DNA of 64,000 bases from Eledone cirrhosa (lineage: Eukaryota): contig OZ024751.1 in NCBI GenBank assembly GCA_964016885.1, positions 36,456,001-36,520,000 on the forward strand, in the 5' to 3' direction. The first letter of the stretch is position 1. Each line of letters begins with the position of its first letter. Positions 15,522 through 30,600 of this stretch are shown one piece after another. Position numbers and translations under genes: made by a program. The notes beneath the pieces are model-generated. The model ran no database searches. It was given only the letters and a program-made list of their open reading frames with translations, and had not been told where the DNA came from.

Positions 15522-17583
15522 GTATGTATGAGGCAGTACTAATATTACAACGCCTACTGTCCGACATTCTAATCCAACCAATTCGCCACCCTTATCTGGT
15601 TCATTATTTTCTCAAACCCGAAATGATAAAAGGGTAATTCGGCTTCGGATACATTTGAATTCTGAACGCAGCAAACCAGAACAAATTCTACGAATAATTT
15701 GTACTAACGACTCTGACAACTCTTAAAGCCTTAAAACTTAAATAATTTTCAATCATATATTTGTAAATATATAAATAAACTGTTCCTACTTTAGACAGCT
15801 TATTTCCATCTTCATGTAGACACTAAAATCAAAGATGTCAAACGAAGTGACTGTAACTTACTATTTAACTAATAGATTAATATAAATGCGTTATATTAAC
15901 TTCTAACTAGAATGGACGAAGTTTTGTTGAAATGGCTAAATTAATTACAACACATAAAACAAGATTCAGGGGAAAACTTGACGTTTAGATGTCGCTTACG
16001 CTCAAAATAATACCATCAATGGCCGCCATCTTTACATATAATACATCACATTGATTTATCATATGTCGCTTGTGTGCATAATAGTTTCACAAACTGAGAT
16101 ATATTTCTACATTTTTAAATACATTATTATGATTTAGGATGATAATCAAATGCCGCTTGTGTTCATAATAATATCGCAATCCAAAGTAACATTATTTATT
16201 TATGTTCCTTAGCAATGATTTACGAAGACATATAGAAGTAGCTTTCGTGCGTAAACAATATCACAGTCAAAACTGCAACACTGCTGCTGCGATGATGGCG
16301 GCTCCTACTGTATAATGCATTATTGATTTCATATATATGGACACACGGGACGACAGATTTATAAGAAAGGTGGTATATATTGTAGTGATGTTCATGCATT
16401 TACCGAAGGTTATTTAGCAACGTCACGTAAGAGCTAAATATATACATTTACCTCAAGACACAATATTTCAAATAAATAACCCAAATCAAGTGTTATTTAT
16501 CATAAACACTATATTTTGCTATAAGACGATCGATTGACAACTTTATTCAGTGCCACATCCTCATTGAAACTCAGTATCATCTTATCAAATGTCATTTTTA
16601 TTCATTGTTAATCAAAACTAACCAAACTGTCTTAAACCGCCCTTGGTTCTATAATACAAAGCTGTTTCTATTAAAGTGTTTATACTTATCTAAACACCTT
16701 CCATCATAATTTTATGGAAGAAGCTTTGTTAAATTATGCTCCAAACATTAGTTTAAGAACGAGAAAATTAGTCATTTTACTTCATCATTTTATATTCTTA
16801 ATTATATTCAAAATTATTTGTAAACCATAAGCAATGTCTTTCAATAGAAATATATGGCAACAAAATGGTTAAATAAAATATGTATTCCTGCGTGCCCTGT
16901 TTCTGTACTGCAAGCAAAGTTAAGGGGTGTACGGTGCAATCACAAGATTACAATTAGAATACACAACAAACCAAACCAATTTTACATATTAGAGTTAGCT
17001 TGATGCAAGTAATTGGAATTGAAAAGTTATACATACAGGTATTACATTCAAAAATGCTAACTACCCTGAAGCTAAAAGCCCAGCTGGGGGTACAAATAGA
17101 TTCCTACAGCCATTGTTTGTGGGGCCCCCCACTGCAGGGATAGTTTAGGAACTACATTAAATACACAGATATATGTGGAATACTCACCCACATACATGCT
17201 GCCAGCGGGTAAAAAACATTGTGACTTCTGAGTGAAATACATGTGACGTCGTAAATTGTAAGGGGAGGTAAGCCTTGAAAAGAAATATTTTGTTGTTTAA
17301 TTTTTAATTATAGCACTAAATTATTTTTTTCCTTTCTGATGAAATAAAATCAAAGCAAATTAATCCTTGCATATTTGTGGGAAATCAGAGAATATTTGAA
17401 TAATTCTAATAACTAAAATAAAAATGTATCTATGGAATTGAAAATTAAATTGAATTCTAAAGAACGCAAAACACGGATTCTCCGATAGATGAACATCGTT
17501 AGGATTCTTCAAAGGAATTTGTGTATGTGATGAAGTGAAAGAGAGAGAGATAGAGCGAGAGAAAGAGATAAAGAGAGAGAGCG

Positions 17584-17614
<31 letters not shown>

Positions 17615-17624
17615 GAGAGAGAGA

Positions 17625-17693
<69 letters not shown>

Positions 17694-18059
17694 GATTCTT
17701 CAAAGAAACTGTGTATGTGATCGAGTGAAAAATAGAGTGAAAGGGAACGAGAGAGAGGATGAGGAGGGGGTTAGTGAGATAAAGAGTGTGAGAAAAGTAC
17801 AAAAATAAACGGAATAGAATGAAATGAGTAGAAATTTAGATGCATGAGTTTAAAGAGCGTAAATTGCAATCGCCATATTATTTTTTTAACTTTTAACGGC
17901 AAGGTAGGGTACTACAGCAACACATAAAAAGAAAATTATAGCGATTCATTAAAGTAATTAGTTCCATCAAATCCACGTGTAACATGAATATAAAATCTCA
18001 CTACTAACTAAAGTCTGATATTTTGTTAAATAAAATAATGTTAAATTAGAAATCTTTAA

Positions 18060-18230
18060 GAAAAGAATCACTGGACAGATTTTATGAGCAAAGCCAACTG
18101 AAATAAGACCCAGAGGTAGACCATGAGTAAGATGGTTGGATAACATCCATGAGAATTGTTGATCTCGCTGTGGGGATCCAGCAGGAAGGAGTGTTTGAGG
18201 ACTCTGACCCCACAACCCAAACCTTCCAGA
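18060..18230 (+). mobile_element. Degraded RTE LINE 3' end followed by (GAA)n
   Basis: Homologous to 37840-38085; RPRGRP-x-x-RWLDNI motif with stops. Confidence 0.6.
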
Positions 18231-18271
18231 AGAAGAAGAAGAAGAAGAAGAAGAAGAAGAAGAAGAAGAAG

Positions 18272-18303
<32 letters not shown>

Positions 18304-18513
18304 GTGTTTGGCAGGGGTTAGGCAACATACTTCTAGTGTGCCATGTCACGGGTGCTGTGCATATTGAAAACTCATTCATAGTTTGAAAAATAAATCTTAT
18401 TTTGCTCAACATAAATCCTGTTTAGTTTCATTTGTCTAGACTCTGTAGTTACTCAGATATTTCCATCTCAGATGATATCAAATTTATTGAAAAACGCTTT
18501 ATATATTTTGAAA

Positions 18514-18822
18514 ATTTTGAAAGTAGGTTTATAAGTATGAATTTTTAGTAGACTTTCGTAGTTGTCTCAGTGGCCTAACGGTAGGTACTAGAGACGGTGG
18601 AGATCCTGGTCGCGGGTTCAATCCTGGTACATGTAATCTTCTTCAGTTTTTATTTTACATTCCATAGAAAAAAAAAACGAAAATGTTTACCGAGAACCCT
18701 ACTCCCAACCAGGATCGAACTTCAGACCATGATCACCACCGTCTATGATTCATCGAACTAGGCCACCGAGACAGCTACAAGCGCATATTGAAAATTGATA
18801 ATTATAAACCTACTTTCAAAAT
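18514..18822. mobile_element. Palindromic ~310-bp element with two convergent tRNA-like (Pol III A/B box) units
   Basis: Outer 21-bp IR attttgaaagtaggtttataa/ttataaacctactttcaaaat; inner diverged inverted tRNA-like heads at ~18558-18630 and ~18708-18778. Confidence 0.6.
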
Positions 18823-19619
18823 CACAGTTTAAAAGCTCTGGTGTCGTTCATGGCTTTCCTAACCTACACCACCACCAACACAACATCATCTACACCATCA
18901 CCACCAACACAACCCCACCAACACAATCCCACCACCAATTCTACCACCACCAACACCAACAAAACTACACCACAACCAACAATACAATTCCACCACCACC
19001 ACCAACACTACACCACCAACAACACAACATCACCACCAACACTATCACCACCACCGTCATCACCACCACTATCAACAGAACACCACCACCAACACAACAC
19101 ACCAACCCTACCACCACCACCACCACCACCACCGTTCCCCAAATAATTGTCAGTAAAATATAAACAAATTAATTAAACTGCAGTATCATCTGTCAGTCTA
19201 TTTCTCGTGTCGAGTTAAATTTAATATCGTCCTTTCTTAAATCTGTGACGTCTTTTCCCTTTTGTCATTAATTTACTTATTTTATTTACCTCAAGATTCT
19301 TTTGTCAAAACCAACCTACAAATATTCTTTTATACTTTTAATATTTCATTAGTTTCAGTCATGAGACTGCGGCCATACTTCAGCACTGCTTCGATCATAT
19401 CGATCACAGTACTTTTTTTTTTCATCTATGGCACTTATTTAATTGATCTTTTTTCGTCTTTTTTTGTCAGACCACTAAACGTAAATATCGATACTCGCAT
19501 CTTGTGTGATTTCTGTTTGTGGTTTTATTGTTGTATTCAATGTAGGGTTCACACGTGATATGTGCTTTCTCTTCGCGGCCCTTTCAATATCGTATAAATA
19601 CATGCCATTCTCAAATAAT

Positions 19620-19775
19620 GGTTTCTGATTTAGGCACAATGTCAGCAATGTTGAGGGAGGGGGGGGGGGGAGTCGATTAAATCGACCCCAGTGCGTTACT
19701 GGTACTTTATGTAAGGATGAAAGGGAAAGTTAACCTTGACGGGATTTGAGCTCAGAACGTAAAGGCTTGTAACTC
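19620..19775 (-). mobile_element. Type-1 SINE with internal deletion
   Basis: agtcgattaaatcgaccccagtgcgttactggtac..aaggatgaaagg..gggatttgagctcagaacgtaaag. Confidence 0.75.
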
Positions 19776-19891
19776 TGTGCTGCAAATAACAACAAAAGCA
19801 ACAACAACAGCAAAAACTACAATCAGTGTATTAACAACACCATATGTAACAACAACAACAGCAGCAGCAATGATGATGACAAGGAATAAAT

Positions 19892-19967
<76 letters not shown>

Positions 19968-20595
19968 CAGTATCAGTAGTAGTAGTAGTAGTAATATCAT
20001 ATCGACGTCTCTACGTAAAAATAATACGATCAATGGGTGGAGGTGAGAGTGTGTGGGGGGGGGGGGCATTGTAATGTAAAGATGTAAATGAATGGATTGA
20101 TAGAGAGGGGGAGAATGTGGAGGGGCGGGGAGAGAGGAAGGAAAAGAAGAACGAAGAGGTGTGGGGAATGAAGAGGGTGGGGTGACATCATTAATTCAAA
20201 TTGGTCAGTCGCAGGAATTGGAACATCTGATAAAGAAGAAGAAGAAAAAGAAAAAGAAGAAGAAGAAGAAGAAGAAGAAGAAGAAGAAGAAGAAGAAGAA
20301 GAAGAAGAAGACACTTAATTTGGTAATTTATATTCTTTGATTAAAGAATCTAAAACCAAACTCAAGAGCAATCCAGAACTATTGGAATGTAAGTTCTTAA
20401 GATTTGTCTCTGATTTGTTCTTGTTTTTCTTCTTTTTCACAATAAACAGAGAGACAATGAGGAAGTGTGTGTGTGTGCGCGCGTGTGTGTGTGTGAGAGA
20501 GAGAGAGAAAGTGAGAGGGGTGAGGGTGACACATGTATGGGATCTACAATTGGTTTGTTATAGAGAGATTTGCTAAGATGCACACACACACACAC

Positions 20596-20631
<36 letters not shown>

Positions 20632-20738
20632 ATAACATAGACTATATATGCGTCTGCATATACATATAATGGTATATATATATTAATGTGAATGTTATCA
20701 CACAAACACACACACATTTACACATATATATATATATA

Positions 20739-21000
<262 letters not shown>

Positions 21001-21084
21001 AAGCTATACATATAAATCGCTCACAATATATTAATACTCGTACAGACTTACAGATACATACATATTTATATACGTACATATATC

Positions 21085-21516
21085 TTCATTGCTGTAGTGG
21101 AGTCTGTGCTACTGTACGGGTCTGAGACTTGGATACTGACCGAGAAACTCACTCAGATGGTGGATGGATGCTACACGAGAATGCTGAGGATGGCTCTGAG
21201 CATTAATCAGTATACACTGAGGATGAAAAACTCAGAGCTGTATGGGAGCCTCCCAAAAGTCAGCTCAAAAGTGACACAGAGGAGACTGAGGTTAGCTGGA
21301 CATGCTCACCGACATCCAGAGTTGACATTGCACTCAGTGCTCCTGTGGGAGCCCCTACATGGTCACACTGGAAGAGGACGACCAAGGTTAACGTATGTTG
21401 ATGCCCTAAGGACAGACACTGGTCTGTTGGAGACGCAGGACATGGCAGCGATAATGAGGGACAGAGACCGCTGGAGAGAACTCGTCCATGGATCTCGGGA
21501 ATTTTACCCGCCCTAG
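21085..21516 (+). mobile_element. 5'-truncated RTE-clade LINE, intact C-terminal ORF segment
   Basis: [33 protein letters not shown] and RDRWRELV are typical RTE C-terminal motifs. Confidence 0.85.
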
Positions 21517-21533
21517 AAATATATCTAAAATAT

Positions 21534-21773
21534 GTCTTATCTCGGTTTCATGGCGTGAAGGGACTGAGAGTACAAGACATACCCCTGGACAGGACGCCAG
21601 TCCATCGCAGGGTTAAACCTCCAGCTATTACTGGTACTCATTTTCAGCTGAGTATGCTGGAGCAGCGTGAAATAAAGTGTTTTGCTCAAGAACACAACAG
21701 GCAACCTAGGAATCGAACCCACGACATTATGATCGTAAGTCCAACACCCTTACCACTAGGCCACATGCCTCCA
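21534..21773 (-). mobile_element. tRNA-derived SINE type 2 (CORE-like plus V-domain-like body)
   Basis: Minus strand: A box TGGCCTAGTGG, B box GGTTCGATTCC, gtgttcttgagcaaaacactt, cctgcgatggactggcgtcctgtccagggg. Confidence 0.8.
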
Positions 21774-22094
21774 CCATACAGATATACAAGTACACAAATT
21801 TACCAAAACATGTATAGACAAACACTTGCTCACTTTCATAATTATTATTACCCACCCACGCATACAATATCACACAGACACATTCGTGCAGACACATACA
21901 TATTCACACACACACGCGTTCATATTTATACATATACACATTCACATCTATAAATACACACACCCATTCACATCTACACATACAAACACACATTTACATC
22001 TATACATATACAAACACATTCACATCTATATACATACGAACACACATTCACATCTATACATATAAACAATTACATACATATACACATATACAAA

Positions 22095-22400
22095 CACACA
22101 TTCACATCTACATACTCACATACAGCCACATATATATCTAAACATACACACATTCACATTTACACATATACAGCCACATATATATCTAAACATACACACA
22201 TTCACATCTACACATATACAGCCACATATATATCTAAACATACACACATTCACATCTACACATATACAGCCACATATATATCTAAACATACACACATTCA
22301 CATCTACACATATACAGCCACATATATATCTAAACATACACACATACAGCCACATATATATCTAAACATACACACATTCACATCTACACACACACATACA
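22095..22400. repeat. 48-bp minisatellite, about 6 copies
   Basis: Unit cacatatacagccacatatatatctaaacatacacacattcacatcta (16-aa periodicity in the ORF track). Confidence 0.85.
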
Positions 22401-23189
22401 GTCACATATATATCCACACAAATGACAGAAAACCAAAAGAGAAGAATTAGAAGTAAAAAAAAAACAAAAAACATCGAAAATAATTGAAGAACGCCATGAA
22501 AATGAGGAAGAGTATATTTGAAGACTATTTCTCATGAAAAATCATTATTGGCAAACGATATTCACGGTTTGGTTACGATTCATTCATGGAACCCTGAGAA
22601 ATCCTTCAAATGTAACGGAAAACTATTATTTGCTTTATTTCGATGTAATGAAGATCCGAGAGCGAGAATGATGGTCGATAATTCGGTGATTGCAGTCTGC
22701 ACACTTGTTATGCAACACTAACCTGCAATTTGACATCGGATATATAACAAAAAAAAAATAAGTGTGCTACATAGCAACTGTTTTCCCTTAAAGATCTCCC
22801 CCACCACAAACACCACCACTACTACCACCAACAGCTACAACAACACCACCAACAGCTACAACAACACCAACACCACCAACACCACTAACAACACCAACAC
22901 CACCAACAGCTACAACAGCTACAACACCAACAACAGCTACAGCACCAACAACAGCTACAACACCAACAACACCACCACTAACAACAACACCAACACCACC
23001 ACCACTGACAACACCAACACCACCCAAGAGCTACAACAACACCACCACCACTACCACCACCAACACCAACACCACCCAAGAGCTACAACAACACCAACAC
23101 CACCACCACTAACAACAACACCAACGCCACCAACAGCTACAACAACAACAACAACACCAACACAACCAATCGGTATTTACACAGGCTGA

Positions 23190-23670
23190 TTATGTTCTGG
23201 GTTCAAATCTCACCGGGGTTAGCTTTGCCTTTCGTCCTTGCGGGGTCGATAAAATAAAGTACCAGTCATGCACTGGGGTCGATTTAATCGACTTTACCCT
23301 CCCCCAAAATTGTTGGATTTGTAACTAAATTAGAACCCATTATTTTATAAATCCCGCCGAGGTTGACTTTGCCTTACATCCTTACGGGGTCGATAAAATA
23401 AAGTACCAGTAATGTACTGGGATAATTACTGGCCTTGTGCCAAAAGTAGAAACAATTATTTCATATTTCTAAAGGGCGGTGGATTGGTAGTATCGGTAGA
23501 GGGTCGGACGCCATGCTTTGCAGCAAAGAGTTACGGCCCTTTATGGTCTGAGTTCAAATCCCGCCGAGGTTAACTTTGCCTTTCATCCTTACGGGGTCGA
23601 TAAAATAAAGTACCAGTAATGCACTGGGATAAATGCTGGCCTTGTGCCAAAAGTAGAAACAATTATTTTA
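23190..23670 (+). mobile_element. Tandem array of three type-1 SINEs
   Basis: Three gcctt(t)catccttacggggtcgataaaataaagtaccagt cores at ~23225, ~23370 and ~23578. Confidence 0.85.
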
Positions 23671-23695
23671 TATTTCTAAATATGTTGGCAGCTTT

Positions 23696-23729
<34 letters not shown>

Positions 23730-24004
23730 ACACGCATATACACACATAGACACACACGCACACGCACATACACACACACACATATACATACACACACACA
23801 CATACACACACACTCACACACACTCACACACATAAACACACACAAACACACACAAACACACGCAAACACACACATACGCACACACACACACACGCACACA
23901 CACACACATACAACATCAAAACAAGAACAATAACAGTAACAACACCAACAATGACAGAAACATGAACAACAACAACAACCAACAAATCTGTAAAAATCTT
24001 CCAC

Positions 24005-24410
24005 ATGTTTAGAAATATGAAATAAGTGTTTCTACTTTTGTCACAAGGCCAGCAATTTCCCAGTGTATTACTGGTACTTTATTTTATCGACCCCCGTAAG
24101 GATACTGACTGTAGTAATTGTTTCTAATTTTGCCACAAGGCCAGCAATTATCCCAGTGTATTACTGGTACTTTATTTTATCGACCCCGTAAGGATGAAAG
24201 GCAAAGTTAACCTCGGCGGGATTTGAACTCAGACCATAAAGAGCCGTAACTCTATGCTGCAAAGCATGGCGTCCGACCATCTACCGATACTGCCAACCCT
24301 TAGAATTATGAAATAATAGTTTCTTATTTAGGTACAAATCCAATAATTTTCGGGGAGAAGTCGTTTAAATCTACCCAGTGTATTACTGGTACTTTATTTG
24401 ATCGACCCTG
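24005..24410 (-). mobile_element. Tandem array of three type-1 SINEs in opposite orientation
   Basis: Reverse-complement cores at ~24065, ~24160 and ~24380. Confidence 0.85.
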
Positions 24411-24452
24411 TAACAATAATAACGATGATGAAACGGCAACGACGACGATGAC

Positions 24453-24503
<51 letters not shown>

Positions 24504-24792
24504 ATATATTTCCCGAGAAGAGAATGTAATAAGAGATAAAAAGAGAATGGCAGCAAAGAACAAACCAAAAGCCACCACAACATCAATAAGAAAACTATTA
24601 ATTCTCAACATTACCGTAATACCGAATCTCAGGTGGAAACTTGCCAAGTAAAATAGGATGCAGGTAAAATATGATATAGTTAAAAGGTGTCATATCATTC
24701 AGTTGAGCAGCAACAATCCTCAGGTATTCATAAAATAGAGAGTAGAAGACTGACGTAGAGAGAAAGAGATGAAGAGATGGAAAGATAGATAG

Positions 24793-24845
<53 letters not shown>

Positions 24846-24886
24846 AGAGAGAGAGAGAGAGAGAGTGTGTGTGAGAGAGAGAGAGA

Positions 24887-24956
<70 letters not shown>

Positions 24957-25862
24957 GATAGAGGGATAGCTGTTAATAAGGGAAGAACACATTGAAAATT
25001 GTAACCTCCGCAGAGTAATAGAAAAGAAACTATGTAGTATATCAGCTGCAGCCTGATGACGTTCGTCATCCCCCATGCCAGTAATTGGAGAATTAGAGCA
25101 GATTGGTAGATGTTTTACTGTAAAGAGTAGGCTAGGGTTTTGGAAGACGTGTTTGAATTTAATTTGTGGCTGGTGTGGTATAATTTGGTACTTCTGGAAA
25201 AAAGTTGGATATCAAAACGATTTCTTCATTTTTTTTTTTTCACTGTCTTTTATTTTATATTTTATTTTTACTCTTGACAGTAAGTTAGTTAAGCTAATTA
25301 TGGCTCACCTTGTATATTTGAGGATGAGAAAATATTTAATATATTTTAGGTGATGAGTGGTTGAACAAAGTCTTCGTTCATCTCAGGGAGGATAGAGTTT
25401 AAAACGAATGGGAAACCTCTTTTTATCTTTTCGTTGTAATTTTTATTTCTCTTGTCGTTTGTTTCGTGTTTTTTCTTCTTTTTTCTTTGCTTTTGTTGAT
25501 GTGGATGGTTTTTATTTTTGCTTTGCTATGGGCGTAAGTCGTGTTTTATCCTTAATAATTTTGTTAGGATCAAATCTAATTATAGTCACTTAATTTTCTA
25601 GAATGACAATTGCGGGTTTAACGATGTTGAGCACGTGCTCGAGTATTTGGTTGAGTGTATGAAGATATCTTAAAAAAGAGACTGAGGTAAAACAGAAAAA
25701 TCTACATGTAAGAGAGAGAGAGAGAGCGGAAGGGTGAATTGTGCATGTGTATGTGTGTGTGTGTGTACTTCGTTTTGTATGCAAGATGGACATCTAAATT
25801 GAATGACAGAAAGACATTTGTATTTGGTGAAACCGTAAGATATATATATATATATATAGGGC

Positions 25863-25918
<56 letters not shown>

Positions 25919-26019
25919 CATATATATATATATATAGGGCGTATATATATATACCGGCATAGTAATAGGTTTTATGTAATTGTGTAACATTAAAGGAGTC
26001 CGGCCTTCTCTTTTCATTG

Positions 26020-26760
<741 letters not shown>

Positions 26761-27441
26761 TAGATAGATAGATAGATAGATATATAGATAGATAGATATA
26801 GGATGGTGATCATTTCATGTATATCGAATAAAATTAACTAATGCGACTTTTCTCAGTTTGAGATAGTCGGATGTGAAGCTGGTACTATATTCTTATATTT
26901 TGTAGACCCTGAATATATAAAGGGCAGAACTAAACCCGGTGGAATCTGAACTCAGAGTGCTAAGAGCTAGAACCAATACCGTAAGGTATTTTGCCCTATA
27001 TTTTAAATGACTCCTGTAACAGGGTTGTCAGGACTGGCATACCGTTTATCTTAGCTATCCTATGCCAGGATTGACATGAGATTAAACAACAACAACAACA
27101 ACATGAATAAAATTACAGTTAAATTGACAAGATAAGATATAGCGAGGAAGAATATCGACAGATACAATATATCAGAGAAGCTCAGTTAGAGAGATACTGC
27201 AACCTATACAATATATCACTACATACGAGACTGTATAGTATACCTCTTACTTAGACAGGAATAGTGGTATAACTAGGATGATGGATTAGTGGACCACCCC
27301 TTACCTTTAGGCCAGCTACCTTCGTACCACCGGACGATTTGAATAATTATCTACCTAACTATCTATCTACTCTATCTATCTATCCATCTATCTATCTATC
27401 TATCTCTCTGTCTATCTATCTCTCTGTCTATCTATCTCTTT

Positions 27442-27621
27442 AACCGAGTCCTCCTAAAAAACTATCCCACCCCCTCCCCAAACACCCTCACAACTCCAAG
27501 CTCCCCAACCACACAACACACTGATGCCCCCACACTTCCACAAACCACCACCCCACCCAACAACACATCCCCCACCCTAATGGAAATTGTGCAGCCCGAT
27601 ACCCGGGACGCAGAGAGGTAA
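27442..27621 (+). CDS. Probable C-terminal remnant of Tx1 ORF1 (Pro/Thr-rich)
   Basis: Open frame NRVLLKNYPTPSPNTLTT...MEIVQPDTRDAER* from the 5' junction to TAA at 27619-27621, same frame as ORF2. Confidence 0.5.
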   Translation, partial: NRVLLKNYPTPSPNTLTTPSSPTTQHTDAPTLPQTTTPPNNTSPTLMEIVQPDTRDAER

Positions 27622-27645
27622 GTGCCTTTTCTCTTCACCACCAAC

Positions 27646-30600
27646 ATGGCTATGCTAAGAGTAGGCTGTTTAAATGCGCGTGGCCTGGGCTCAACTTGGA
27701 AGCAAGCAATGCTTCTAAATGACCTCAGGTCACAACGTATAGATGTGATGGTTATTTGCGAGGCCCGGATCAGCAACGTGCGACAGCTGGCCCCCACCTT
27801 TGATGACTTTGAGATGCACGCATCTCTCTGTCAGCCTGGAGGTGGGGGTGGAGTTGTCGTTCTGCTGCAAAAACATCTGGGTCTCGCAACACAGATGGTA
27901 CATTTGGACCCGGAGGGTCGACTAGTGGTTCTGGACCTTGGCAGTGGTAAAGGCGGAGCGTTTAGGTTGGTAGCCGCCTACGGCCCTTTCGGGTCAATGC
28001 GGCCGGACTTCTTCCATCGTCTGGAGACTTTTCTAGGGACGTCCCGCTCCTTGCTATTAGTGGGGGACTGGAATGGTATCCTAGATGCACGCTGGGACTA
28101 CGTAGGGGCCTGCCCCGATAGAGAGGGGTGTAATAGCCTCAAAGGGTTAATCGGTCGATTTGACCTGGCCGATAGATATCGACTAGATTTTCCGACTGCG
28201 CCAACCTGGACTTGGGCAAATCGTAGCGGATCATCTAGGTCGTACCTAGATAGGTTCTTAGTTAGAATTAAGGATAAGGACTTTTTAAGTTGTCCAAAAA
28301 TGCGCATTGTTGGCTATTCAGACCACAAATTAGTGACCTGCATGGTCAACCTTGACAGAACTCATAGACAGGGCCCCGGTTACTGGAAGCTCAACTTGTC
28401 CTTGCCGGCAAGTAGAGCCTACAGGAATCGGATTAGTACGTTAGTTAAGGAACGGTTGACTGGAGCGATCGTCAACAGCAGGTGGTGGGTATCTCTAAAG
28501 AGAGAGATTAGAGTAGTCTCGATAGAATTTAGTAAGGTTCTAGCTGCGGATAGGAATAGGAAGGAAAGGGAGCTAATAGATAGAGTAGAAGAGGCAATTA
28601 GAAGCGGCGACGTGGCCAGAGTGCTAGCGTCGAGAACGGCTTTGAGCCAGTTTTTCGACGCGAAGCACGAAGGCTGCGTTGTCCGAAGTAAAATACGTGC
28701 TCTAGGGAACGAGGGGACCAAAGCTGTTAGCTGGGCCCGCGTGACAGAGGCCAACAGTGGAACTAAATCCACCATCCGGTCTTTGCGAGACCTGGATGGA
28801 CGGGCGATTCTTGAGCCTAAGCAGATGTGTGAGGCCTTTCAAAGGCACTTTGCCCGACTGTTCGGGAGGGGCGGGGAGCCGGTTGGGAACGTGGACTTCG
28901 GTCCATACCTCGACGGCCTGCCGCGCCTCTCGGACAGGGAGGCGAAGTCCTGCGAGGAGCCGATTTCGGCCGCTGAGATAGAGGACGTGCTGAGCCAATG
29001 CGGCAAACGCAAATCCCCGGGTCTCGATGGTCTTCCTTACGAATTATATCTAGCTATGCCGGACTTGTTCCCCGATCTCCTCGAGGCGGTCTACTGCAAC
29101 TGGCAACAGAACGGGAGAATTCCCTGTACTGTGACCAAGGGCGTAGTCACGCTAGTGAGGAAGGACGAGAACAAGGGGGACGAAATAAGTAACTTCAGGC
29201 CCATAACACTGCTAAATACAGAGTTACAGATTTTGGCCAAGGTGCTAGCAAAGAGGTTGGCGCTTGTCGTGGGCAACCTGGTGGGAGATGCGCAGACATG
29301 CGCTATCCCGTCCAGGTCCATCCATGACAACCTCCACCTCATGCGATACATCATAGAGAGGGTTGGGAACGAACCCGGCTTTGGTGGGGCTCTGATCAAC
29401 TTGGATCAATCTAAGGCGTTCGATAGGGTCGACCATGGTTACCTGGATGCGGTGCTAGCGGCGGCAGGCTTCGGACCCGTTTTCAGGGGCTGGATCACTG
29501 CTATGCACAGCAGCCGCATCTGCTCTAGGGTCAAGGTGAACGGCTACCTCTCGGAGCCGTTCAAAATCGCGCGGTCCATCCGACAAGGGTGCCCTCTCTC
29601 CTCCCTTCTGTATGTATTGACTCTCGAGCCACTACTGCGGAAGTTGGAGTTGTTGCAGGGCATCCCTTTGGAACCGGGATTGCGGAAAGCGGTGTCGGCC
29701 TACGCCGATGACGTGACAGTAATGGTGTCGACGGCCTCCGAAATCGAGGCGGTCGGCACCTTACTGGAGGAGTACGAAAAGTTCACAGGGGCTAAGCTGA
29801 ACCGGGACAAGTCGATCGGTTTGCAACTCGGCACGTGGAGGGGCAGACCGATGCCCTCCGATAGCGTCGTCGGACGCTGGACGGAGGGCCCGGTGAAGTT
29901 GCTCGGGGTCTGGTTCGGACCGGACCTCCAGGTGGAGAAAAACTGGGCGGAGGTTACGAACAGAGTGTTTGCACTGACCCAGAAGTGGGCCAGTTGCAAA
30001 CTATCCCTGAAAGGTCGGGCGGAGGTGGCGAACACCTACATAGCGTCCGTCATCTACTACCGCCTGACCGTAGTGCCCTGCCCAAGGGAAACCCTCACCA
30101 AGATGGAGCGCGCGCTCTTCCAATTCCTTTGGAAGAGGCGGGCTCCTATGGTGAGGAGATCCATCTGCTGTCAACACCCTTCGAAAGGAGGGCTGGGGAT
30201 GCCGTGGCTAATGATGCGTAAACACGCATTAAGGCTACGGCACCTCTACGTATTCCTCACCGGACAACCGGTGTGGGCCTCGTTTGTGAGACGAACCTTT
30301 CCCAGACTCGTCTCACTCACCGAGCTGCAATCCTGGGTCAAGCAAAGACCGAGAAAACTGGGCGCCTGGCACACTGAGTGTGCCCAGGCGCTCACCGCCC
30401 TCTGGCAGGCGGATCCGGTTATCAGTGGAGACTCCACCGCAACATTCTATAGAGGGCTGGTACGCAGCAGGTGCGACGACGCCCTCGGAGAAGCCCTAGA
30501 CATGGAGGAGGACGAACTGGCCAGCCTTTTCGGTAGGACATTCAGCCCGGGACCTATGGACAACTTCCAGAAGTCCCTGGCCTGGCAGTGCTACCGAGGG

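Noticed and set aside
21534-21773. Possible tRNA gene
   Set aside because: The tRNA-like head continues into a SINE body; no complete acceptor stem or terminator.
25050-25072. ctgatgacgttcgtcatc
   Set aside because: Simple small hairpin with no GAAA or other stems.
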